From Eledone cirrhosa (Eukaryota): a stretch of DNA of 64,000 bases. The stretch spans positions 247,876,001-247,940,000 of the forward strand of contig OZ024741.1 in NCBI GenBank assembly GCA_964016885.1, read 5' to 3'. The position numbers were made by a program, and so were the translations under genes. The notes below the pieces were generated by a model that made no database searches, was not told the DNA's origin, and saw nothing but the letters and a program-made list of their open reading frames with translations. Numbering within the stretch: the first letter of the stretch is position 1; every line of letters begins with the position of its first letter. This document shows positions 1-12,973 of this stretch, piece by piece.

Positions 1-243
1 GCTGGAAATTATCTCCCCTTGGACGGCTGGAAATTATCTCCCCATGGACGGCTGGAAATTATCTCCCCTTGGACGGCTAGAAATTATCTCTCCTTGGACG
101 GCTGAAAATTATCTCCCCTTGGACGGCTGGAAATTATCTCCCGTTGGACGGCTGGAAATTATCTCGCCTTGGACGGCTAGAATTTACCTCTCCTTGGACG
201 GCTGAAAATTATCTCCCCTTGGACGGCTGGAAATTATCTCCCC

Positions 244-408
244 TTGATTTTTTTTACAAATTATCTCCCCCTGATTTTTTTTTACAAATTATCTCCCCCT
301 GATTTTTTTTTACAAATTATCTCCCCCTGATTTTTTTTTACAAATTATCTCCCCCTGATTTTTTTTACAAATTATCTCCCCCCTGATTTTTTAACAAATT
401 ATCTCCCC
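244..408 (+). repeat. Representative type-B block (6 poly-T monomers)
   Basis: Six T-tract monomers in 165 bp between two A blocks. Confidence 0.95.
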
Positions 409-632
409 TTGGCTGGCTGGAAATTATCTCCCCTTGGAGGCTGGAACTTATCTCCCCTTGGACGGCTAGAAATTACCTCTCCTTGGACGGCTGGAAAATA
501 TGTCTCCTTGGACGGCTGGATATTATCTCCCCTTGGACGGCTGGAAATTATCTCCCCTTGGACGGCTGGAAATTATCTCCCCTTGGATGGCTAGATATTA
601 CCTCCCCTTGGACGGCTGGAAATTATCTCCCT
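409..632 (+). repeat. Representative 9-monomer type-A marker cassette (start of the ~0.9-1.4 kb sub-HOR unit)
   Basis: Fixed order of variant monomers: TTGGCTGGCTGG, GGAGGCTGGAACTT (24-mer), CTAGAAATTACC, GGAAAATATGTCTCC, GGATATTATC, then GGATGGCTAGATATTACC. It recurs with variants at 1766, 2867, 4277, 5660, 6870, 7753, 9164 and onward to 63573, matching the repeated MAGWKL ORF starts. Confidence 0.95.
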
Positions 633-2789
633 TTGATTTTTTTTACAAATTATCTCCCCCTGATTTTTTTTTACAAATTATCTCCCCCTGATTTTTTTTT
701 ACAAATTATCTCCCCCTGATTTTTGTTTACAAATTATCTCCGCCTGATTTTTTTTTTTAAATTATCTCCCCTTGGACGGCTGGAAATTATCTCCCCTTGG
801 ACGGCTAGAAATTACCTCTCCTTGGACGGCTGAAAATTATCTCCCCTTGGACGGCTGGAAATTATCTCCCCTTGATTTTTTTACAAATTATCTCCCCCTG
901 ATTTTTTTTTACAAATTATCTACCCCTGATTTTTTTTTACAAATTATCTCCCCCTGATTTTTTTTACAAATTATCTCCCCCTGATTTTTTTTTACAAATT
1001 ATCTCCCCCTGATTTTTTTACAAATTATCTCCCCCTGATTTTTTTAAATATTATCTCTCCTTGGCTGGCGGGAAATTATCTCCCCTTGGACGGCTGGAAA
1101 TTATCTCCCCTTGGAAGGATGGAAATTATCTCCCCTTGGACGGCTAGAAATTATCTCTCTTTGGACGGCTGGAAATTATCACCCCTTGAGTTTTTTACAA
1201 ATTATCTCCGCCTGATTTTTTTTACAAATCTCCCAGTGATTTTTAAAAAAAAATTATCTCCCCTTCGCTGGCTGGAAATTATCTCCCCTTGGACGCTGGA
1301 AATTATAGCCCCTTGGAGGGCTTGAAATTATCTTCCCTTGGACGGCTGGAAATTATCTCCCCTTGATTTTTTTTTACAAATTATCTCCCCCTGATTTTTT
1401 TTTACAAATTATCTCCCCCTGATTTTTTTTTACAACTTATCTGCGCCTGATTTTTTTAAAAAAATTATCTCCCCTTGGACGGCTGGAAATTATCTCCCCT
1501 TGGACGGCTGGAAATTATCTCTCCTTGGACGGCTAGAATTTACCTCTCCTTGGACGGCTGAAAATTATCTCCCCTTGGACGGCTGGAAATTATCTCCCCT
1601 TGATTTTTTTTTTACAAATTATCTCCCCCTGATTTTTTTTTACGAATTATCTCCCCCTGATTTTTTTTTACAAATTATCTCCCCCTGATTTTTTTTTACA
1701 AATTATATCCCCCTGATTTTTTTTACAAATTATCTCCCTCTGATTTTTTTACAAATTATCTCCCCTTGGCTGGCTGGAAATTATCTCCCCTAGGAGGCTG
1801 GAACTTATCTCCCCTTGGACGGCTAGAAATTACCTCTCTTTGGACGGCTGGAAAATATGTCTCCTTGGACGGCTGGATATTATCTCCCCTTGGACGGCTG
1901 GAAATTATCTCCCCTTGGACGGCTGGAAATTATCTCCCCTTGGATGGCTAGATATTACCTCCCCTTGGACGGCTGGAAATTATCTCCCCTTGATTTTTTT
2001 TTACAAATTATCTCCCCCTGATTTTTTTTTACAAATTATCTCCCCCGATTTTTTTTTACAAATTATCTCTCCCTGATTTTTTTTTACAAATTATCTCCCC
2101 CTGATTTTTGTTTACAAATTATCTCCCCTTGGACGGCTGGAAATTATCTCCCCTTGGACGGCTAGAAATTACCTCTCCTTGGACGGCTGAAAATTATCCT
2201 CCCTTGGACGGCTGGAAATTATCTCCCCTTGATTTTTTTACAAATTATCTCCCCCTGATTTTTTTTTTACAAATTATCTCACCCTGATTTTTTTTACAAA
2301 TTATCTACCCCTGATTTTTTTTTACAAATTATCTCCCCCTGATTTTTTTTACAAATTATCTCCCACTGATTTTTTTTTTACAAATTATCTCCCCCTGATT
2401 TTTTTACAAATTATCTCCCCCTGATTTTTTTTACAAATTATATCCGCCTGATTTTTTTAAATATTATCTCTCCTTGGCTGGCGGGAAATTATCTCCCCTT
2501 GGACGGCTGGAAATTATCTCCCCTTGGAAGGATGGAAATTATCTCCCCTTGGACGGCTGGAAATTATCTACCCCTGATTTTTTTTACAAATTATCTCCCC
2601 CTGATTTTTTTTACAAATTATCTCCCCCTGATTTTTTTTTTACAAATTATCTCCGCCTGATTTTTTAAAATATTATCTTACCTTGGCTGGCGGGAAATTA
2701 TCTCCCCTTGGACGGCTGAAAATTATCTCCCCTTGGACGGCTGGAAATTATCTCCCCTTGATTTTTTTTACAAATTATCTCCCCCTGAT

Positions 2790-5700
2790 TTTTTTTTACA
2801 AATTATCTCCCCCTGATTTTTTTTACAAATTATCTCCCCCCTGATTTTTTTACAAATTATCTCCCCTTGGCTGGCTGGAAATTATCTCCCCTTGGAGGCT
2901 GGAACTTATCTCCCCTTGGACGGCTAGAAATTACCTCTCCTTGGACGGCTGGAAAATATGTCTCCTTGGACGGCTGGATATTATCTCCCCTTGGACGGCT
3001 GGAAATTATCTCCCCTTGGACGGCTGGAAATTATCTCCCCTTGGATGGCTAGATATTACCTCCCCTTGGACGGCTGGAAATTATCTCCCTTTGATTTTTT
3101 TTACAAATTATCTCCCCCTGATTTTTTTTTACAAATTATCTCCCCCTGATTTTTTTTACAAATTATCTCCCCCTGATTTTTGTTTACAAATTATCTCCGC
3201 CTGATTTTTTTTAAAAAATTATCTCCCCTTGGACGGCTGGAAATTATCTCCCCTTGGACGGCTAGAAATTACCTCTCCTTGGACGGCTGAAAATTATCTC
3301 CCCTTGGACGGCTGGAAATTATCTCCCCTTGATTTTTTTACAAATTATCTCCCCCTGATTTTTTTTTTACAAATTATCTCCCCCTGATTTTTTTTTACAA
3401 ATTATCTACCCCTGATTTTTTTTTACAAATTATCTCCCCCTGATTTTTTTTACAAATTATCTCCCCCTGATTTTTTTTTACAAATTATCTCCCCCTGATT
3501 TTTTTACAAATTATCTCCCCCTGATTTTTTTTACAAATTATCTCCGCCTGATTTTTTTAAATATTATCTCTCCTTGGCTGGCGGGAAATTATCTCCCCTT
3601 GGACGGCTGGAAATTATCTCCCCTTGGAAGGATGGAAATTATCTCCCCTTGGACGGCTAGAAATTATCTCTCTTTGGACGGCTGGAAATTATCACCCCTT
3701 GAGTTTTTTACAAATTATCTCCCCCTGATTTTTTTTACAAATCTCCCAGTGATTTTTAAAAAAAAATTATCTCCCCTTCGCTGGCTGGAAATTATCTCCC
3801 CTTGGACGCTGGAAATTATAGCCCCTTGGAGGGCTTGAAATTATCTTCCCTTGGACGGCTGGAAATTATCTCCCCTTGATTTTTTTTTACAAATTATCTC
3901 CCCCTGATTTTTTTTTACAAATTATCTCCCCCTGATTTTTTTTTACAACTTATCTGCGCCAGATTTTTTTAAAAAAATTATCTCCCCTTGGACGGCTGGA
4001 AATTATCTCCCCTTGGACGGCTGGAAATTATCTCTCCTTGGACGGCTAGAATTTACCTCTCCTTGGACGGCTGAAAATTATCTCCCCTTGGACGGCTGGA
4101 AATTATCTCCCCTTGATTTTTTTTACAAATTATCTCCCCCTGATTTTTTTTTACGAATTATCTCCCCCTGATTTTTTTTTACAAATTATCTCCCCCTGAT
4201 TTTTTTTTACAAATTATCTCCCCCTGATTTTTTTTACAAATTATCTCCCTCTGATTTTTTTACAAATTATCTCCCCTTGGCTGGCTGGAAATTATCTCCC
4301 CTAGGAGGCTGGAACTTATCTCCCCTTGGACGGCTAGAAATTACCTCTCTTTGGACGGCTGGAAAATATGTCTCCTTGGACGGCTGGATATTATCTCCCC
4401 TTGGACGGCTGGAAATTATCTCCCCTTGGACGGCTGGAAATTATCTCCCCTTGGATGGCTAGATATTACCTCCCCTTGGACGGCTGGAAATTATCTCCCC
4501 TTGATTTTTTTTACAAATTATCTCCCCCTGATTTTTTTTTACAAATTATCTCCCCCGATTTTTTTTTACAAATTATCTCCCCCTGATTTTTTTTTACAAA
4601 TTATCTCCCCCTGATTTTTGTTTACAAATTATCTCCCCTTGGACGGCTGGAAATTATCTCCCCTTGGACGGCTAGAAATTACCTCTCCTTGGACGGCTGA
4701 AAATTATCCTCCCTTGGACGGCTGGAAATTATCTCCCCTTGATTTTTTTACAAATTATCTCCCCCTGATTTTTTTTTTACAAATTATCTCACCCTGATTT
4801 TTTTTACAAATTATCTACCCCTGATTTTTTTTTACAAATTATCTCCCCCTGATTTTTTTTACAAATTATCTCCCACTGATTTTTTTTTTACAAATTATCT
4901 CCCCCTGATTTTTTTACAAATTATCTCCCCCTGATTTTTTTTACAAATTATATCCGCCTGATTTTTTTAAATATTATCTCTCCTTGGCTGGCGGGAAATT
5001 ATCTCCCCTTGGACGGCTGGAAATTATCTCCCCTTGGAAGGATGGAAATTATCTCCCCTTGGACGGCTAGAAATTATCTCTCTTTGGACGGCTGGAAATT
5101 ATCACCCCTTGAGCTTTTTACAAATTATCTCCCCCTGATTTTTTTTACAAATCTCCCTGTGATTTTTTAAAAAAAATTATCTCCCCTTCGCTGGCTGGAA
5201 ATTATCTCCCCTTGCACGCTGGAAATTATAGCCCCTTGGAGGGCTGGAAATTATCTTCCCATGGACGGCTGGAAATTATCTCCCCTTGATTTTTTTTACA
5301 AATTATCTCCCCCTGATTTTTTTTTACAAATTATCTCCCCCTGATTTTTTTTACAACTTATCTGCGCCTGATTTTTTTTTAAAAATTATCTCCCCTTGGA
5401 CGGCTGGAAATTATCTCCCCTTGGACGGCTGGAAATTATCTCTCCTTGGACGGCTAGAATTTACCTCTCCTTGGACGGCTGAAAATTATCTCCCCTTGGA
5501 CGGCTGGAAATTATCTCCCCTTGATTTTTTTTACAAATTATCTCCCCCTGATTTTTTTTTACAAATTATCTCCCCCTGATTTTTTTTTACAAATTATCTC
5601 CCCCTGATTTTTTTTTACAAATTATCTACCCCTGATTTTTTTTTACAAATTATCTCCCCTTGGCTGGCTGGAAATTATCTCCCCTTGGAGGCTGGAACTT

Positions 5701-8700
5701 ATCTCCCCTTGGACGGCTAGAAATTACCTCTCCTTGGACGGCTGGAAAATATGTCTCCTTGGACGGCTGGATATTATCTCCCCTTGGACGGCTGGAAATT
5801 ATCTCCCCTTGGACGGCTGAAAATTATCTCCCCTTGATTTTTTTTACAAATTATCTCCCCCTGATTTTTTTTTACAAATTATCTCCCCCTGATTTTTGTT
5901 TACAAATTATCTCCGCCTGATTTTTTAAAAAAATTATCTCCCCTTGGACGGCTGGAAATTATCTCCCCTTGGACGGATAGAAATTACCTCTCCTTGGACG
6001 GCTGAAAATTATCTCCCCTTTGACGGCTGGAAATTATCTCCCCTTGATTTTTTTACAAATTATCTCCCCCTGATTTTTTTTTTACAAATTATCTCCCCCT
6101 GATTTTTTTTTACAAATTATCTACCCCTGATTTTTTTTTACAAATTATCTCCCCCTGATTTTTTTTACAAATTATCTCCCCCTGATTTTTTTTTACAAAT
6201 TATCTCCCCCTGATTTTTTTACAAATTATCTCCCCCTGATTTTTTTTACAAATTATCTCCGCCTGATTTTTTTAAATATTATCTCTCCTTGGCTGGCGGG
6301 AAATTATCTCCCCTTGGACGGCTGGAAATTATCTCCCCTTGGAAGGATGGAAATTATCTCCCCTTGGACGGCTGGAAATTATCTACCCCTGATTTTTTTT
6401 ACAAATTATCTCCCCCTGATTTTTTTTACAAATTATCTCCCCCTGATTTTTTTTACAAATTATCTACCCCTGATTTTTTTTACAAATTATCTCCCCCTGA
6501 TTTTTTTTACAAATTATCTCCCCCTGATTTTTTTTTTACAAATTATCTCACCCTGATTTTTTTACAAATTATCTCCCCCTGATTTTTTTTACAAATTATC
6601 TCCGCCTGATTTTTTTAAATATTATCTTCCCTTGGCTGGCGGGAAATTATCTCCCCTTGAAGGGCTGAAAATTATCTCCCCTTGGACGGCTGGAAATTAT
6701 CTCCCCTTGATTTTTTTTACAAATTATCTCCCCCTGATTTTTTTTTACAAATTATCTCCCCCTGATTTTTTTTACAAATTATCTCCCCCTGATTTTTTTT
6801 TACAAATTATCTGCCGCTGATTTTTTTTACAAATTATCTCCCCCTGATTTTTTTACAAATTATCTCCCCTTGGCTGGCTGGAAATTACCTCCCCTTGGAG
6901 GCTGGAATTTATCTCCCCTTGGACGGCTAGAAATTACCTCTCCTTGGACGGCTGGAAAATATGTCTCCTTGGACGGCTGGATATTATCTCCCCTTGGACG
7001 GCTGGAAATTATCTCCCCTTGGACGGCTGGAAATTATCTCCCCTTGGACGGATAGATATTACCTCCCCTTGGACGGCTGGAAATTATCTCCCCTTGATTT
7101 TTTTTACAAATTATCTCCCCCTGATTTTTTTTTACAAATTATCTCCCCCTGATTTTTTTTTACAAATTATCTCCCCCTGATTTTTTTTTTACAAATTATC
7201 TCCGCTTGATTTTTTAAAAAAATTATCTCCCCTTGGACGGCTGGAAATTATCTCCCCATGGACGGCTGGAAATTATCTCCCCTTGGACGGCTAGAAATTA
7301 TCTCTCCTTGGACGGCTGAAAATTATCTCCCCTTGGACGGCTGCAAATTATCTCCCCTTGATTTTTTTTATAAATTATCTCCCCCTGATTTTTTTTACAA
7401 ATTATCTCCCCCTGATTTTTTTTACAAATCTCCCAGTGATTTTTTAAAAAAATTATCTCCCCTTGGACGGCTGGAAATTATCTCCCCTTGGACGGCTGGA
7501 AATTATCTCGCCTTGGACGGCTAGAATTTACCTCTCCTTGGACGGCTGAAAATTATCTCCCCTTGGACGGCTGGAAATTATCTCCCCTTGATTTTTTTTA
7601 CAAATTATCTCCCCCTGATTTTTTTTTACAAATTATCTCCCCCTGATTTTTTTTTACAAATTATCTCCCCCTGATTTTTTTTTACAAATTATCTCCCCCT
7701 GATTTTTTTTACAAATTATCTCCCCCCTGATTTTTTTACAAATTATCTCCCCTTGGCTGGCTGGAAATTATCTCCCCTTGGAGGCTGGAACTTATCTCCC
7801 CTTGGACGGCTAGAAATTACCTCTCCTTGGACGGCTGGAAAATATGTCTCCTTGGACGGCTGGATATTATCTCCCCTTGGACGGCTGGAAATTATCTCCC
7901 CTTGGACGGCTGGAAATTATCTCCCCTTGGATGGCTAGATATTACCTCCCCTTGGACGGCTGGAAATTATCTCCCTTTGATTTTTTTTACAAATTATCTC
8001 CCCCTGATTTTTTTTTACAAATTATCTCCCCCTGATTTTTTTTTACAAATTATCTCCCCCTGATTTTTGTTTACAAATTATCTCCGCCTGATTTTTTTTT
8101 AAAAATTATCTCCCCTTGGACGGCTGGAAATTATCTCCCCTTGGACGGCTAGAAATTACCTCTCCTTGGACGGCTGAAAATTATCTCCCCTTGGACGGCT
8201 GGAAATTATCTCCCCTTGATTTTTTTACAAATTATCTCCCCCTGATTTTTTTTTTACAAATTATCTCCCCCTGATTTTTTTTTACAAATTATCTACCCCT
8301 GATTTTTTTTTACAAATTATCTCCCCCTGATTTTTTTTACAAATTATCTCCCCCTGATTTTTTTTTACAAATTATCTCCCCCTGATTTTTTTACAAATTA
8401 TCTCCCCCTGATTTTTTTTACAAATTATCTCCGCCTGATTTTTTTAAATATTATCTCTCCTTGGCTGGCGGGAAATTATCTCCCCTTGGACGGCTGGAAA
8501 TTATCTCCCCTTGGAAGGATGGAAATTATCTCCCCTTGGACGGCTAGAAATTATCTCTCTTTGGACGGCTGGAAATTATCACCCCTTGAGTTTTTTACAA
8601 ATTATCTCCCCCTGATTTTTTTTACAAATCTCCCAGTGATTTTTAAAAAAAAATTATCTCCCCTTCGCTGGCTGGAAATTATCTCCCCTTGGACGCTGGA

Positions 8701-11700
8701 AATTATAGCCCCTTGGAGGGCTTGAAATTATCTTCCCTTGGACGGCTGGAAATTATCTCCCCTTGATTTTTTTTTACAAATTATCTCCCCCTGATTTTTT
8801 TTTACAAATTATCTCCCCCTGATTTTTTTTTACAACTTATCTGCGCCAGATTTTTTTAAAAAAATTATCTCCCCTTGGACGGCTGGAAATTATCTCCCCT
8901 TGGACGGCTGGAAATTATCTCTCCTTGGACGGCTAGAATTTACCTCTCCTTGGACGGCTGAAAATTATCTCCCCTTGGACGGCTGGAAATTATCTCCCCT
9001 TGATTTTTTTTACAAATTATCTCCCCCTGATTTTTTTTTACGAATTATCTCCCCCTGATTTTTTTTTACAAATTATCTCCCCCTGATTTTTTTTTACAAA
9101 TTATCTCCCCCTGATTTTTTTTACAAATTATCTCCCTCTGATTTTTTTACAAATTATCTCCCCTTGGCTGGCTGGAAATTATCTCCCCTAGGAGGCTGGA
9201 ACTTATCTCGCCTTGGACGGCTAGAAATTACCTCTCTTTGGACGGCTGGAAAATATGTCTCCTTGGACGGCTGGATATTATCTCCCCTTGGACGGCTGGA
9301 AATTATCTCCCCTTGGACGGCTGGAAATTATCTCCCCTTGGATGGCTAGATATTACCTCCCCTTGGACGGCTGGAAATTATCTCCCCTTGATTTTTTTTA
9401 CAAATTATCTCCCCCTGATTTTTTTTTACAAATTATCTCCCCCGATTTTTTTTTACAAATTATCTCCCCCTGATTTTTTTTTACAAATTATCTCCCCCTG
9501 ATTTTTGTTTACAAATTATCTCCCCTTGGACGGCTGGAAATTATCTCCCCTTGGACGGCTAGAAATTACCTCTCCTTGGACGGCTGAAAATTATCCTCCC
9601 TTGGACGGCTGGAAATTATCTCCCCTTGATTTTTTTACAAATTATCTCCCCCTGATTTTTTTTTTACAAATTATCTCACCCTGATTTTTTTTACAAATTA
9701 TCTACCCCTGATTTTTTTTTACAAATTATCTCCCCCTGATTTTTTTTACAAATTATCTCCCACTGATTTTTTTTTTACAAATTATCTCCCCCTGATTTTT
9801 TTACAAATTATCTCCCCCTGATTTTTTTTACAAATTATATCCGCCTGATTTTTTTAAATATTATCTCTCCTTGGCTGGCGGGAAATTATCTCCCCTTGGA
9901 CGGCTGGAAATTATCTCCCCTTGGAAGGATGGAAATTATCTCCCCTTGGACGGCTAGAAATTATCTCTCTTTGGACGGCTGGAAATTATCACCCCTTGAG
10001 CTTTTTACAAATTATCTCCCCCTGATTTTTTTTACAAATCTCCCTGTGATTTTTTAAAAAAAATTATCTCCCCTTCGCTGGCTGGAAATTATCTCCCCTT
10101 GGACGCTGGAAATTATAGCCCCTTGGAGGGCTGGAAATTATCTTCCCTTGGACGGCTGGAAATTATCTCCCCTTGATTTTTTTTACAAATTATCTCCCCC
10201 TGATTTTTTTTTACAAATTATCTCCCCCTGATTTTTTTTACAACTTATCTGCGCCTGATTTTTTTTTAAAAATTATCTCCCCTTGGACGGCTGGAAATTA
10301 TCTCCCCTTGGACGGCTGGAAATTATCTCTCCTTGGACGGCTAGAATTTACCTCTCCTTGGACGGCTGAAAATTATCTCCCCTTGGACGGCTGGAAATTA
10401 TCTCCCCTTGATTTTTTTTACAAATTATCTCCCCCTGATTTTTTTTTACAAATTATCTCCCCCTGATTTTTTTTTACAAATTATCTCCCCCTGATTTTTT
10501 TTTACAAATTATCTACCCCTGATTTTTTTTTACAAATTATCTCCCCTTGGCTGGCTGGAAATTATCTCCCCTTGGAGGCTGGAACTTATCTCCCCTTGGA
10601 CGGCTAGAAATTACCTCTCCTTGGACGGCTGGAAAATATGTCTCCTTGGACGGCTGGATATTATCTCCCCTTGGACGGCTGGAAATTATCTCCCCTTGGA
10701 CGGCTGAAAATTATCTCCCCTTGATTTTTTTTACAAATTATCTCCCCCTGATTTTTTTTTACAAATTATCTCCCCCTGATTTTTGTTTACAAATTATCTC
10801 CGCCTGATTTTTTAAAAAAATTATCTCCCCTTGGACGGCTGGAAATTATCTCCCCTTGGACGGATAGAAATTACCTCTCCTTGGACGGCTGAAAATTATC
10901 TCCCCTTTGACGGCTGGAAATTATCTCCCCTTGATTTTTTTACAAATTATCTCCCCCTGATTTTTTTTTTACAAATTATCTCCCCCTGATTTTTTTTTAC
11001 AAATTATCTACCCCTGATTTTTTTTTACAAATTATCTCCCCCTGATTTTTTTTACAAATTATCTCCCCCTGATTTTTTTTTTACAAATTATCTCCCCCTG
11101 ATTTTTTTACAAATTATCTCCCCCTGATTTTTTTTACAAATTATCTCCGCCTGATTTTTTTAAATATTATCTCTCCTTGGCTGGCGGGAAATTATCTCCC
11201 CTTGGACGGCTGGAAATTATCTCCCCTTGGAAGGATGGAAATTATCTCCCCTTGGACGGCTGGAAATTATCTACCCCTGATTTTTTTTACAAATTATCTC
11301 CCCCTGATTTTTTTTACAAATTATCTCCCCCTGATTTTTTTTACAAATTATCTACCCCTGATTTTTTTTACAAATTATCTCCCCCTGATTTTTTTTACAA
11401 ATTATCTCCCCCTGATTTTTTTTTTACAAATTATCTCACCCTGATTTTTTTACAAATTATCTCCCCCTGATTTTTTTTACAAATTATCTCCGCCTGATTT
11501 TTTTAAATATTATCTTCCCTTGGCTGGCGGGAAATTATCTCCCCTTGAAGGGCTGAAAATTATCTCCCCTTGGACGGCTGGAAATTATCTCCCCTTGATT
11601 TTTTTTACAAATTATCTCCCCCTGATTTTTTTTTACAAATTATCTCCCCCTGATTTTTTTTACAAATTATCTCCCCCTGATTTTTTTTTACAAATTATCT

Positions 11701-12973
11701 GCCGCTGATTTTTTTTACAAATTATCTCCCCCTGATTTTTTTACAAATTATCTCCCCTTGGCTGGCTGGAAATTACCTCCCCTTGGAGGCTGGAATTTAT
11801 CTCCCCTTGGACGGCTAGAAATTACCTCTCCTTGGACGGCTGGAAAATATGTCTCCTTGGACGGCTGGATATTATCTCCCCTTGGACGGCTGGAAATTAT
11901 CTCCCCTTGGACGGCTGGAAATTATCTCCCCTTGGACGGATAGATATTACCTCCCCTTGGACGGCTGGAAATTATCTCCCCTTGATTTTTTTTACAAATT
12001 ATCTCCCCCTGATTTTTTTTTACAAATTATCTCCCCCTGATTTTTTTTTACAAATTATCTCCCCCTGATTTTTTTTTTACAAATTATCTCCGCTTGATTT
12101 TTTAAAAAAATTATCTCCCCTTGGACGGCTGGAAATTATCTCCCCATGGACGGCTGGAAATTATCTCCCCTTGGACGGCTAGAAATTATCTCTCCTTGGA
12201 CGGCTGAAAATTATCTCCCCTTGGACGGCTGCAAATTATCTCCCCTTGATTTTTTTTATAAATTATCTCCCCCTGATTTTTTTTACAAATTATCTCCCCC
12301 TGATTTTTTTTACAAATCTCCCAGTGATTTTTTAAAAAAATTATCTCCCCTTGGACGGCTGGAAATTATCTCCCCTTGGACGGCTGGAAATTATCTCGCC
12401 TTGGACGGCTAGAATTTACCTCTCCTTGGACGGCTGAAAATTATCTCCCCTTGGACGGCTGGAAATTATCTCCCCTTGATTTTTTTTACAAATTATCTCC
12501 CCCTGATTTTTTTTTACAAATTATCTCCCCCTGATTTTTTTTTACAAATTATCTCCCCCTGATTTTTTTTTACAAATTATCTCCCCCTGATTTTTTTTAC
12601 AAATTATCTCCCCCCTGATTTTTTTACAAATTATCTCCCCTTGGCTGGCTGGAAATTATCTCCCCTTGGAGGCTGGAACTTATCTCCCCTTGGACGGCTA
12701 GAAATTACCTCTCCTTGGACGGCTGGAAAATATGTCTCCTTGGACGGCTGGATATTATCTCCCCTTGGACGGCTGGAAATTATCTCCCCTTGGACGGCTG
12801 GAAATTATCTCCCCTTGGATGGCTAGATATTACCTCCCCTTGGACGGCTGGAAATTATCTCCCTTTGATTTTTTTTACAAATTATCTCCCCCTGATTTTT
12901 TTTTACAAATTATCTCCCCCTGATTTTTTTTTACAAATTATCTCCCCCTGATTTTTGTTTACAAATTATCTCC
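2790..12973 (+). repeat. ~4.89 kb higher-order repeat, about 2.1 tandem copies
   Basis: Equivalent landmarks are offset by 4886-4888 bp: 2867/7753/12641, 3599/8486, 4277/9164, 5660/10547, 6870/11758, 7258/12146. The ends are approximate. Confidence 0.92.

Noticed and set aside
244-408. T-tracts as intrinsic terminators or splice-acceptor polypyrimidine tracts
   Set aside because: No GC hairpin precedes the T runs, the tracts end in ACAA rather than YAG, and there is no associated gene.
496-509. Shine-Dalgarno-like AAGGAGA or AAGGGGAGAT on the minus strand
   Set aside because: No downstream ORF follows, stops occur in nearly every monomer, and it is simply the complement of the C/T-rich core.
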